The notes: generated from the sequence alone by a model not told the origin. Positions 55,301 to 63,507 are shown, counted from the stretch's first letter. The stretch: DNA of 64,000 bases from a virus (IMGVR_UViG_3300011423_000006:60303-124302), one strand, 5' to 3'. Program-made: numbers and translations.

Positions 55301-57532
55301 CTTTAAACCAGCCTCACCTTGAAATAAAATTTGTTGTTGGGCGGCGGCGTGTCTTGCCATCGTCGCGTTTGCCGAAACCGTATTACGTGCGTCTCGCATT
55401 CCAAAAAACATAGGAAACGTTTCTGCCCCGCCATACATGCCCGCTCTTGACACCCCCGCTTGTAATTGAGAAGGGGCTGTTCCGGTTCTTGTGTTATAAG
55501 CGTAAGTAAAAGATTGAGTTAATCGTCTAACTGATTTTTCGTCGGCATTAAATGTTTTGGCTAATTTTTTCGCCATTTCATTTAATTCCTTCATGTTTTT
55601 AATCGTGACTTGTTGAGTGCGTATTTCCTCAATAATACGATCACGTTCGCTAGTCATCATTTGATTATAACTAGCAGGCATTGGTGCATTGAAAGAATAA
55701 GGATTATTACTTGCAAAATTAGGAACACCGTGAGTTGCGGGGTTTAACCCCATTGACCTAGCCCTAGAAATACCTTGAGATAATCCGCCCGGTTCATCTC
55801 TTAAATTATAAACTCCTAATCCTCGCGGATTTAAACTAGATTTTAAAGCGGGGTGACTTCCTACGCGAATTAATGAAGATGGAATGCCGGATGCTTGCTC
55901 TCTAGACATAGCTTCGGCTACAGGAGAAAAACGAGGGGCCGCAGGCATTTTTATGCCTCCACCCGCGCCGACTCTTGCCCCTGCATTAAATAAATTAGCG
56001 GCAACAGGAGCGACGGTTTTATTTACCGCTGTTTGGACGGCGTTTGTTGCGTTTACTGTGGCTAAAATTTCACGTTGCAATTCTAGCTCGGTCATTTTAC
56101 CCTGAACAATACGATTAATTAATTCTGGTTGACGCGCTAAAGAATTAGCAATTAATTGATGTATTTGAACTTGTTGTTGCAAAGCGTTATTCATTCCAGT
56201 GAACGATTTAACAGCTTCTTTTGTGAAAACGATTGCGTCCCGAACTAATTTACCAAAAATAATACCCGCGCCTAATAACGCCGGTCCTGTTAGGAAATCT
56301 CCCAAACCTTCTAAAATATTTTTACCTGCCCCTTGTCTTAATTCGCGAATTTTACCCCCCGCCGCGTCTAACATCATTAAGAAATCTCTTAAAGGTTCGG
56401 CAAAAGTTAAATTACCTATTACTACTCCTAATTCAGTAAAACGAGTTTTAACAGCGTTAATTTGTTGAGACAAACTTTTGTTTTGTTCCGCCATGCGAGT
56501 ATAGGCTTCATTTTGTGCCGACGCTGCCGTTTGAGTGGCCCCCGTAAAAACCCCCATTGAATTAGCCATATCATCCATCACGGCGCGGAATTTATCAGAT
56601 TGATAAAGATTTGCTCCAACGGAAACGATCATGTTTTGAATTTGTTGATTTGCGCCTTGGTAATATTTTGCCAAGTCTTGCAACAAATCAGCTTGGCTTC
56701 TAATATTATGATTTGTATCTTGAATTTCTATTTTTAAATTTTCTAAAAATTGCAAACTATCAGGATTTTGCATTCTTTGAAAAATAGTTTTGAAAGCGTT
56801 GCCGATTTCCGGCCCGGAACGTTGGGTAATTTGAGCGACCGCAGTAATTAATCCGAACAATTCATTAATTCCAACCCCGGCATCGGCAGCAGTAGAACCA
56901 ACTTTTTGTAGACCTTCAACCAAATCCGCCGCGCTAACAGCGTATTTTCGGTCCACCGCAATTAGTTTGTTCAAAACTTGCGCGGTAGTAATACCGGTTT
57001 TGGCATAAGTATTCGTAACGGCTGTTAATGCTTTGACCGCATCTTGGGCGCTCATTCCACCTTGATTAACCAAAATCATTGCATCATTAACCCGCTTTAA
57101 TGTTTCTTCAACGCTTAACCCTTGACGCGCTAATTCTTGAGCCGATGCAGCAACCGTTTTCCAGCTTTGTCCGGTTTTACGAGCTACGTCAAACATGGCA
57201 TCGCCAAATTCATTAATATTAAAATTAACGTCATCTACAATAACTTTAATATCTATCAAGCTTTTTTCGACTTCAATCGTAGACCTGACAAGGGCCTGAA
57301 ATGCTCTTGTTACGGTCATAATAACGGCGGCGGAAGCTCCGAAGGCAGTAACGCGAGCAAATGCGGCTTCCATTGATTTATCGAATTCAGAAGCGGTTTT
57401 ACTTAACCGCCCCAAGGGAAGATTTAAATGGCGTTCGATTTTTTGGCCGATTTGGGCGGCTTGTTGAAATGCTTGTTGTCCATCCAGTTTGACAACTGCA
57501 TCAATAATCATGTCAGATTGTGCATTAGGCAT
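52370..57532 (-). CDS. tail tape measure protein
   Basis: 1720 aa, helical and Ala/Gly-rich; TP901-type core (ELARQGL, GPEIGNAFKTIFQR); two D.VPA.L..GE.V motifs. Confidence 0.92.
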   Translation of the reverse strand: MPNAQSDMIIDAVVKLDGQQAFQQAAQIGQKIERHLNLPLGRLSKTASEFDKSMEAAFARVTAFGASAAVIMTVTRAFQALVRSTIEVEKSLIDIKVIVDDVNFNINEFGDAMFDVARKTGQSWKTVAASAQELARQGLSVEETLKRVNDAMILVNQGGMSAQDAVKALTAVTNTYAKTGITTAQVLNKLIAVDRKYAVSAADLVEGLQKVGSTAADAGVGINELFGLITAVAQITQRSGPEIGNAFKTIFQRMQNPDSLQFLENLKIEIQDTNHNIRSQADLLQDLAKYYQGANQQIQNMIVSVGANLYQSDKFRAVMDDMANSMGVFTGATQTAASAQNEAYTRMAEQNKSLSQQINAVKTRFTELGVVIGNLTFAEPLRDFLMMLDAAGGKIRELRQGAGKNILEGLGDFLTGPALLGAGIIFGKLVRDAIVFTKEAVKSFTGMNNALQQQVQIHQLIANSLARQPELINRIVQGKMTELELQREILATVNATNAVQTAVNKTVAPVAANLFNAGARVGAGGGIKMPAAPRFSPVAEAMSREQASGIPSSLIRVGSHPALKSSLNPRGLGVYNLRDEPGGLSQGISRARSMGLNPATHGVPNFASNNPYSFNAPMPASYNQMMTSERDRIIEEIRTQQVTIKNMKELNEMAKKLAKTFNADEKSVRRLTQSFTYAYNTRTGTAPSQLQAGVSRAGMYGGAETFPMFFGMRDARNTVSANATMARHAAAQQQILFQGEAGLKFRAPSANALNNIRMEPAISNSNPAIAQGYNLGAAFDNSSTIARRIYGDNPQYSIARAFPKYMIPEGPPPEVFQQARMANWRQDYDSRMWQQPKQGWMSGIMGGWRNPFGGNARNPFSSGYESRGPGRMSRLNSFIGKHSAVGMGIGLAAPMVNSAISDLYNPNFSDDRKALARNEWISDVLMYGGTGTMFGGGVGATIGAGIGAVTGGLKYYSRQKAENYSEAERRALTGQGTVADAQLPARTTLGVNHLAYLGDINKLRDSMRKTQIARMAIGLNAPLLTQVGNERTTMDADFWMQKQGAFQSPRGKLDYAHILGVHNLENQRNMNRTNLTSGLGNKFAAFGDNAVGGLRRKLMENAAMSPKALKNIEGAFNTLQEITDLINNDQMGDAINLMKELEDVARTTPFSQLDPNLHMDLQDGLRELQTELMGANEQVKFFENELKVGALILKERTAEEKEMVRFMNGPYQKMMYGRKEMFSDDFGSSMVDSRNNKILFPQDFGRYNVGKDTGVSFVDSLRYDTQDLYRDLNEGAFEVGQNLKSSFKDAFKEFANGSLDASEALKSFGINFADKILSKSIDTSFDMFAGAAVNGISGLFKANGGYIKKFAGGGSVYGGSGTRDDVPAMLSEGEYVIKKSSVNKYGTSLLKALNSGRVSARLANSYSYNDAKFPTAGSNNISSNLSNYALSNDDNPQNAIRMDRESALMQYLRDRSNYEEAKSIAMYNWKLGKRQRVQAAYLAAGIGLAGAGAQAGMQNINWGGSSSGASGNHLVPAGQSAYGSADAYKRFGGGHAMGGLIKRFAAGGLSGGDNVPALLMGGEFVMNRGSVSKYGVDFFNRLNAGKFAAGGLAGEASQSVGNNGSDKLTENLTRLIASTESLRESLEKTLTMKEVRGGGSLANAESKTNSNAPVINVYNTIQISSDKNGGAQGKTETRSEGAGSNEESNRKLGTQFEGAILKVIIEQSRPGGLIYEQTKR

Positions 57533-57550
57533 ACCTTTTACCTGCTAGTT

Positions 57551-57557
57551 ATTACAC
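57551..57557 (-). promoter_or_regulatory. GTGTAAT putative late promoter for the tape measure gene
   Basis: GTGTAATAACTAGCAGGTAAAAGGTATG. Confidence 0.6.
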
Positions 57558-57567
57558 TAAAAAGGCT

Positions 57568-58572
57568 TTATTTACCCATTGCCCGCATGATATCATGTAA
57601 ATTTAGTTCCCCGCCTTTATTTTGAGCCGCTTTTATTAAAGCTTCGTGAGGATTGCCGTCATCTAACCCGTATTTTTCCCTATCGGCGCGAGAAACACCC
57701 ACTAAACTAGAAGCTCCCTCTTTAACGTCTATTCCCTTTTTATTTGCTAATTCTTGGGCGGTATTGCTACTTTCATGCCATTCAATCAATTTGTCGGGCT
57801 CATCCATCAGGTTTTCCGGGGGTTTTCCCTTGGTATTTTGTAATAAACTACGGAAATATCGCCCATGCCCAAATAATTCTGCTTGATAAAACGTTAATTT
57901 AATAATAGGCAAACCATAAAATTCCCGAGCAGTTTCACATAAACAGAACGTATTAAAGAAAAAAGGACTTAAAGCGATGCGTTTCAGATTATAATCAACG
58001 AAAGGATGTAGGGCTTGATTATATAAAGATGCTAAATTTGCTAAATCATTTTCTTCTAATTCGTCAAATTCTTCTATAGTAAAAAGACGAGTTTTAAACT
58101 CCTTGTCTTTATAAAAAGAATTAAAAATGTAATATTCATTTACCTTTTTGTTGGCGAAGCTTTCGGCGGTAAAAGAAATTAATTCTTCCTTTTCATCTGT
58201 TAAGTCTGTGATTTTTTTCTGATATTCAAGGATGCGTTTATTAATTTCGTTGATTTCCGCTTCACGGAATAATTTGGATTTGGTAGTTTTAAGCCCCTCG
58301 ATATATGCCCGGTATTCAATAATTAAATTATTTTTATCATGGCTCCAGAATTTTTCTTCAATTAAATATCGTTCTCTTTCTTCCTTTGTCGGCAAGCCTT
58401 CTTTAATTGCTTGTTGTAAATATTCTTCTTGTTTTAAATCTACGTCGCCAATATCAAAAGTATTAAAGTGCTTCAGATAAAGTATTTTATGTTCAGCATG
58501 GTTTATCGAAGTAAAACCATGTAATATATCGATATAAAGTAATTTTAATTTATTCTTGGGAAAACGATCCAA
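57568..58572 (-). CDS. probable tail assembly chaperone (gpT position)
   Basis: Directly upstream of the tape measure gene; coiled coil; LTFYQ and DPD-like (DEPDKLIEW) motifs. Confidence 0.5.
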   Translation of the reverse strand: MDRFPKNKLKLLYIDILHGFTSINHAEHKILYLKHFNTFDIGDVDLKQEEYLQQAIKEGLPTKEERERYLIEEKFWSHDKNNLIIEYRAYIEGLKTTKSKLFREAEINEINKRILEYQKKITDLTDEKEELISFTAESFANKKVNEYYIFNSFYKDKEFKTRLFTIEEFDELEENDLANLASLYNQALHPFVDYNLKRIALSPFFFNTFCLCETAREFYGLPIIKLTFYQAELFGHGRYFRSLLQNTKGKPPENLMDEPDKLIEWHESSNTAQELANKKGIDVKEGASSLVGVSRADREKYGLDDGNPHEALIKAAQNKGGELNLHDIMRAMGK

Positions 58573-59319
58573 TTATTTTTCGCTTTCTTCAAGAATTTTT
58601 TCAAACTTGGCAAAATCTTCAGGAGTCACAGCCCGATTGTTAACCCATAAAGAAACGTAAGTTAGAAATTTTAGAATCACTTTATTAATAAAATCGTTTT
58701 CTTTTTCAATAAGTTCATCATACTTACTTAAACGTTCGTCTACGGTGCCTTCTCCGAAAAATGGGGCGGCTTTCCCGTCAACTTCCTGATAACTCAGATT
58801 AACTAACCACCATGTAGTTACCCAATTTCGGGCTCTAACTTCGGCGGTATTTTCATAAGCTACGTTTTTAAACGTTTCGATACGTTGTAATTCCATGCGG
58901 GCGCTAGATAATTTTTCACCTAATTCTTGGTGTTCCTTTTTTTGTTCTTCGGTGCGTTCTTCTGTCTTGACTGAATCCAGAATGACATATTTCTTTTCTA
59001 GCTCAAGAGATTCCGCCCATAATGTTTTGCTACGAGCGTCTTCTTGGTTCGTTAAAAGCCCGCCATCTTCAGAATTGCGACGATCTAATTGAGCGATAGT
59101 TAACATTCCGGCGCGAGTGCCTTCAGCGATTTTAACGCCATAAAACAAATTCGCCGCGTCATTGAGGGCGCGATTAGGCTTCCGCAAAAAGAATTTTTGA
59201 GGAATTTCTTTTTCTTGCTTTTTTGTTGTTTTAACTTGTTCACCTTGTTCGTTGGTAGATATTTCTTCTACATCAACGGTTTCCTTTTTACTAACATTGA
59301 ATTCGAATAACCTTTTCAT
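58573..59319 (-). CDS. probable tail assembly chaperone (gpG position)
   Basis: Acidic helical protein between major tail and tape measure genes; similar layout to the next ORF (TAE motif). Confidence 0.5.
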   Translation of the reverse strand: MKRLFEFNVSKKETVDVEEISTNEQGEQVKTTKKQEKEIPQKFFLRKPNRALNDAANLFYGVKIAEGTRAGMLTIAQLDRRNSEDGGLLTNQEDARSKTLWAESLELEKKYVILDSVKTEERTEEQKKEHQELGEKLSSARMELQRIETFKNVAYENTAEVRARNWVTTWWLVNLSYQEVDGKAAPFFGEGTVDERLSKYDELIEKENDFINKVILKFLTYVSLWVNNRAVTPEDFAKFEKILEESEK

Positions 59320-59320
59320 A

Positions 59321-59578
59321 TTAATTTAAATCCTTTACCTTTTTATCAAAATAATCCTGCGTTTTGTTAAAATTGGTGCGTCCGCCGACAACAACAATAA
59401 ATTTGTTTCGAGTAGAGTTGTCCCATCTCTTATATAAATTCAAAAATTCTTCGGTTTGTAATTTTTCTAAAGTCGCGAATTGAATATCAAATTCCGTCCA
59501 TAAAATACGCCGATTAGTTTCTAATTGGAGCCTTTGAATAATAATATTTTCTATATTATTCCTTGTTAGTGTCTTCAT
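59321..59578 (-). CDS. hypothetical protein
   Basis: 85-aa ORF within the operon. Confidence 0.5.
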   Translation of the reverse strand: MKTLTRNNIENIIIQRLQLETNRRILWTEFDIQFATLEKLQTEEFLNLYKRWDNSTRNKFIVVVGGRTNFNKTQDYFDKKVKDLN

Positions 59579-59792
59579 AATTTGAAAATGTAATGTTTAG
59601 GCTATCGAAGGTTTCTTCTAGTTCGCGAAGCTTATTATTAGCATCATCCAAAATCCTTTTACGGTATTTTTGGTATTCTTCGTCGTTTAGTTCAATATCT
59701 TCTAGAATTAGGAAGAAATTTTTAAATAAATTAGTAAAATTCCGACGAATTTGAAATTTTACGAAGTCTTTGACTTTATCATGTTTATCCAT
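59556..59792 (-). CDS. hypothetical protein
   Basis: 78-aa helical ORF after a GTGTAAT motif and AAGG repeats. Confidence 0.6.
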   Translation of the reverse strand: MDKHDKVKDFVKFQIRRNFTNLFKNFFLILEDIELNDEEYQKYRKRILDDANNKLRELEETFDSLNITFSNYEDTNKE

Positions 59793-59819
59793 AAACCTTT
59801 AATCTACCTTTACCTATTA

Positions 59820-60677
59820 TTATATTACACTTTTTAACCTGTTTTCTACTAAAGTTTTTTTAATATGTTCTTTATACCATAGGGGACGAGTATTGGAATA
59901 GTGAAAACACTGTTTTTGTTCTTTAGGGTCTTGCAAATTAAATAAAATACAAGGTTTTATATGGTCAATTTGCCATTTTCCCGGCCCACAACCATAATTA
60001 TCCCATGACATTTCTGAATCAAAAAGAGACTCCAAATATTTACGGTAATCCACGAAAGTACACCCTAATAAACTATTAGTTTCAATATTTTTAGTTGCAT
60101 TATGTGATTTTACTACTTTTTTAATTCGGCTCCGAATATTAAGAGCAATACGGGCCTGTTCCTTGCGATATTGCCAATGATTTACTAGTATTTTTAATAT
60201 TTGAGGAAAACGGGCGACTCCAAAGCAAAAGGCTTGGAATTTTTGTTGTTTTTCTTGCTGCCAGTTTGATTTGCGTTTTTGTTTAATGTGTTTTTGATAA
60301 CTTGGAGAGTTATAATGATCGAGCTTTCTTTGTTTAATAATTTCTTTATTTTTGCCGCGATATTCTTTTGAAGATTCGGCGGCTCTTTGTTTGTTTGATT
60401 GATAATACGATTTGCTACGTTGTTTAATTTTATCCGAGTTTTTTTTATAATATTCTTTTTGATTTTTAAGGTCTTTGTCCCGGTTTCTCCAATACCAATT
60501 CATTTTGGACTTTCGCATTTTATCTCTGTTTTGATGATAATCAATTTTTCGTATTTTGTTTCTACATTCTCGGCAAATATTCATTAAACCATCTTTTCCA
60601 TATTTCCACTTGTTAAAGCTTTCTACCAGTTTCTCCGTTTTACAATGTGAACACCTTTTATTTAGATTTGATATCAT
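59820..60677 (-). CDS. free-standing HNH-type (homing) endonuclease
   Basis: N-terminal CSHC...CREC, basic helical repeats, LLGC, MSWDNYG, WQIDHIKPC, CFHYSNTRPLW. Confidence 0.8.
   Translation of the reverse strand: MISNLNKRCSHCKTEKLVESFNKWKYGKDGLMNICRECRNKIRKIDYHQNRDKMRKSKMNWYWRNRDKDLKNQKEYYKKNSDKIKQRSKSYYQSNKQRAAESSKEYRGKNKEIIKQRKLDHYNSPSYQKHIKQKRKSNWQQEKQQKFQAFCFGVARFPQILKILVNHWQYRKEQARIALNIRSRIKKVVKSHNATKNIETNSLLGCTFVDYRKYLESLFDSEMSWDNYGCGPGKWQIDHIKPCILFNLQDPKEQKQCFHYSNTRPLWYKEHIKKTLVENRLKSVI
59824..59830 (-). promoter_or_regulatory. GTGTAAT putative late promoter inside the HNH gene 3' end
   Basis: GTGTAATATAATAATAGGTAAAGGTAGATTAAAGGTTTATG. Confidence 0.55.
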
Positions 60678-60683
60678 ACTAAA

Positions 60684-60729
60684 TAATAAAAAGAAATAAG
60701 CGAAAACTCAAAAGAATCTTCGCTTATTT
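60684..60729 (-). terminator. terminator downstream of the major tail gene
   Basis: Minus-strand stem AAAUAAGCGAAGAUUC-UUUU-GAGUUUUCGCUUAUUU (with G-U pairs) followed by CUUUUUAUU. Confidence 0.75.
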
Positions 60730-60771
60730 ACTGTAGGATTATTTTTAGGAATAATTTATGTAAGTGCTTGA

Positions 60772-61944
60772 TTATTGGACAGTTGTGACCCCACTCATAA
60801 ACAAACCAACCGTTGTCTGGTTTGGGCCACCGATTTGTGCTGCAAATTCCATAGTAACCGTTTTGTTATCACCGATGCCGTTGCTGTAGGAATGACTATT
60901 GATTTTAGCATTCTTCACAACATAGCGAGCCATAACGGGTTGAGGGTCGCCCGGAGCTACGGGTTTTTTGATATTAATGGTTACGTCAAACGAATCGTCT
61001 CCGTTGACCATATCGCTTAAAGAGCCCGTAGTTAAATCGCCCACAAGAGCGTCAACAGTCAAACTTACGTCGATTGGATAGGTAATTGTGCGGGCGAAAG
61101 CATATTTGCTACCAAGTTTTTGTAAAGCTTCTCGTCCCAAATCGAAAGAAAGACTATAGCTTTGAATATTAGCATTGCCGATATTAGTTCCCGGAACGTC
61201 ATAAACGCCGGTCGCATTTTCGAGAATACCTTCATCAACTGCATCTCGTTTTCTAAAGTCCAATGTAATATCACCGGGCCTCAAAACACTGATATCAAGC
61301 AATCCTGTCCCCGGACTACTTAGAATTGTAGGAATAACGTAATGATATTGAGAAACGCGGGTTCCGTTGTCTGGGAAAATAGCAGGCGACTTACCGGAAA
61401 GACCGGTGGCAAAAGTCATGTTTAATGCCGCAACACTGATATCAACACTTGGGAAACTGTTTACCGCCGCAGATGATGAATAAGAAGTTAAAAATCCATT
61501 ACCAAATCCAACGACAAAGACGTTAGAAGAATCTTCCGTATCTCCTACGGCGTCAACTCCTTCTGCAACTACTTTAAGAAAATAATTACGATCATCAGTT
61601 AATCCCTTCGTAATACCAGACAAAGCGGGCAAACGACCGTCAGTAACAAAGCCTAATTGTCTTTCGTTCCAGAAATTTGCTAACAAATAACTAAAAGAAA
61701 GTCCAACAGTTGGAGTATCCAAAATAACTCGATCAATTGCGGCTGTTTCCCCGAATTGCATAACGGGAGTTCTGCCTACATTAAAAGAGTAATTACAGTT
61801 CTGAATACGATAAAAGCCGGTAAGCAAATTAGCGCCGGTATATATAGATTCGGCTCCAAATTGCGTAAAGTGTTGGCCAGTTGAAACCGGAGGGCCAATC
61901 AATAATGATTGAGATTGGTATGTTGTTCTATTTCTATTTGGCAT
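60772..61944 (-). CDS. major tail tube protein (internally duplicated tube fold)
   Basis: Between neck genes and chaperones, with its own promoter-like motif and terminator; two similar beta-rich halves (RIQNCNYSF...GRTPVMQFG and NIQSYSLSF...GREALQKLG). Confidence 0.75.
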   Translation of the reverse strand: MPNRNRTTYQSQSLLIGPPVSTGQHFTQFGAESIYTGANLLTGFYRIQNCNYSFNVGRTPVMQFGETAAIDRVILDTPTVGLSFSYLLANFWNERQLGFVTDGRLPALSGITKGLTDDRNYFLKVVAEGVDAVGDTEDSSNVFVVGFGNGFLTSYSSSAAVNSFPSVDISVAALNMTFATGLSGKSPAIFPDNGTRVSQYHYVIPTILSSPGTGLLDISVLRPGDITLDFRKRDAVDEGILENATGVYDVPGTNIGNANIQSYSLSFDLGREALQKLGSKYAFARTITYPIDVSLTVDALVGDLTTGSLSDMVNGDDSFDVTINIKKPVAPGDPQPVMARYVVKNAKINSHSYSNGIGDNKTVTMEFAAQIGGPNQTTVGLFMSGVTTVQ

Positions 61945-61970
61945 AAAATTAAATTAATTCCTATACATTA

Positions 61971-61977
61971 ATTACAG
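61971..61977 (-). promoter_or_regulatory. CTGTAAT variant of the late motif before the major tail gene
   Basis: One mismatch to GTGTAAT, intergenic, 26 nt before the ATG. Confidence 0.45.
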
Positions 61978-62011
61978 ACAAGTTCAAAAAATGTGAAATT
62001 ATTATTAAGTA

Positions 62012-62881
62012 TTAGATTCTTGGGTTTCGGACGCTTTCTAGGTATAAATCAATGAGTTTAATAAAGACATGCGGGTTTATCTTGCGAATCTCAGAGTAAG
62101 CACTACCGGGAAGGCTGCTAACATCAACATTCTCAATCCACATTGAATTACTCATAATGTTTCTGCCAGCGGTCAAAGCCCTATAATTATAAAGTCCATT
62201 TGTATAGTCTCCAAAATCGTCAAAAGGCATTTCTTCGACCCCCGTTAATAAAGGAATCAAAGTTCGGGCCTTTTCCTTGAAAATAGAGCCAACGGCATCG
62301 GCTCCAAATTGAGAATCGGCAAAAACCAGCATTCGAACATTAATCATTTCCTTGTCCAAGCCTCCGAACGCAAATGGGTCAAGACGGCCCCCAAAATCCT
62401 TGATATAAACAACAGGAAATGTAGTATCATTAGGACTTAAACCAGTAATAAATGTAAACCCGGCCTTAGGTTTTATTTCATGTTTTGTTTCAAATAATAA
62501 TTCTTCTTCGGGCGAACTAGTGATTTTTACATTAAATTCTGCGACTGAAAAATTGCCGGAAAGTCTTGTGTGTGAAGCGGTTATTTCGTTTTCAAAATAA
62601 ACTTGACCCTTTTCATAATTAATATGAGCCAATCCTGATTGACCTGTAGTTATGAAAGTGTTATCTAGGTAAACTCCCGTCATGACATTCGCGCCAGAAA
62701 TTGCCGCATTTGCAACTAAAGGTTGAAAAGGCAACGAATAAGTATAGTAATTATTAAAAATATCTTTTACATCATAGAAAAAGCCTGAATAATTAGTAAA
62801 AGCATCGCCTTTATCTAATAAAGTGTGTTCTATCCAGCATTTAACCGATGCCATTACCTTATGTATGTGTTGGACTCTCAT
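62012..62881 (-). CDS. probable tail terminator / neck protein
   Basis: Position before the major tail gene; FPVVYI and PFAFGG segments. Confidence 0.5.
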   Translation of the reverse strand: MRVQHIHKVMASVKCWIEHTLLDKGDAFTNYSGFFYDVKDIFNNYYTYSLPFQPLVANAAISGANVMTGVYLDNTFITTGQSGLAHINYEKGQVYFENEITASHTRLSGNFSVAEFNVKITSSPEEELLFETKHEIKPKAGFTFITGLSPNDTTFPVVYIKDFGGRLDPFAFGGLDKEMINVRMLVFADSQFGADAVGSIFKEKARTLIPLLTGVEEMPFDDFGDYTNGLYNYRALTAGRNIMSNSMWIENVDVSSLPGSAYSEIRKINPHVFIKLIDLYLESVRNPRI

Positions 62882-63507
62882 GAACCGCCGTCAAACTTTC
62901 TTTTAAATTTTTCTAGTATTTCGCTAATGTATCTTACACCGCTCATTTTACTTGGGCTCGCTCTTATGATTGTTTTGGCTTGAATAGCATAACCAGAACG
63001 AGAATTTTTAAATGTTGATGTTTTTTTAGCATCTGTCGAGAAAAGATAATATCTTAACCCCGGAATTCCTTTTTCAATGCCTCGTAACCAACTTCCGGTG
63101 GTATGATCATCTGGATAGGGAGTTGCTTCATATAAACTTGCCATACTTGGTAATTGCACAGAGAATCGATAATTAATAGAAAACCCTCGGACTGTTTTCA
63201 TGGGCGGCATTCTTTTTAAATAAGTTCCCTCTCTTAATAATTTCTCTAATTGTGCGACCGGATCATCTTCTTCGTAAAAGCCAATTAATGCTCTTAAATT
63301 ACCGCTACGTCCATCTAGAAAAGAACTTCCGTCCGCTCCCCCGTCACCTTCTAATTCCGCTGATACTTCATGTTCTTTTAAAAGTTCAATTAATTTATCA
63401 GTTTTTGTTCCTATATCCTTTTCGACGCGAGCTTGAACCTTCAAGTCCATTTTTTTACTTGGAGTAGTTAGTTTTCTTCTAATAGACTCTTTATTAATAT
63501 AAGGCAT
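62878..63507 (-). CDS. probable tail completion / neck protein
   Basis: Basic 209-aa protein in the gpZ / HK97-gp10 syntenic position. Confidence 0.4.
   Translation of the reverse strand: MPYINKESIRRKLTTPSKKMDLKVQARVEKDIGTKTDKLIELLKEHEVSAELEGDGGADGSSFLDGRSGNLRALIGFYEEDDPVAQLEKLLREGTYLKRMPPMKTVRGFSINYRFSVQLPSMASLYEATPYPDDHTTGSWLRGIEKGIPGLRYYLFSTDAKKTSTFKNSRSGYAIQAKTIIRASPSKMSGVRYISEILEKFKRKFDGGS

Noticed and set aside
553-63467. Many 60-116-aa ORFs overlapping larger genes on the opposite strand or in another frame
   Set aside because: Fully nested in well-supported genes with no recognisable motifs
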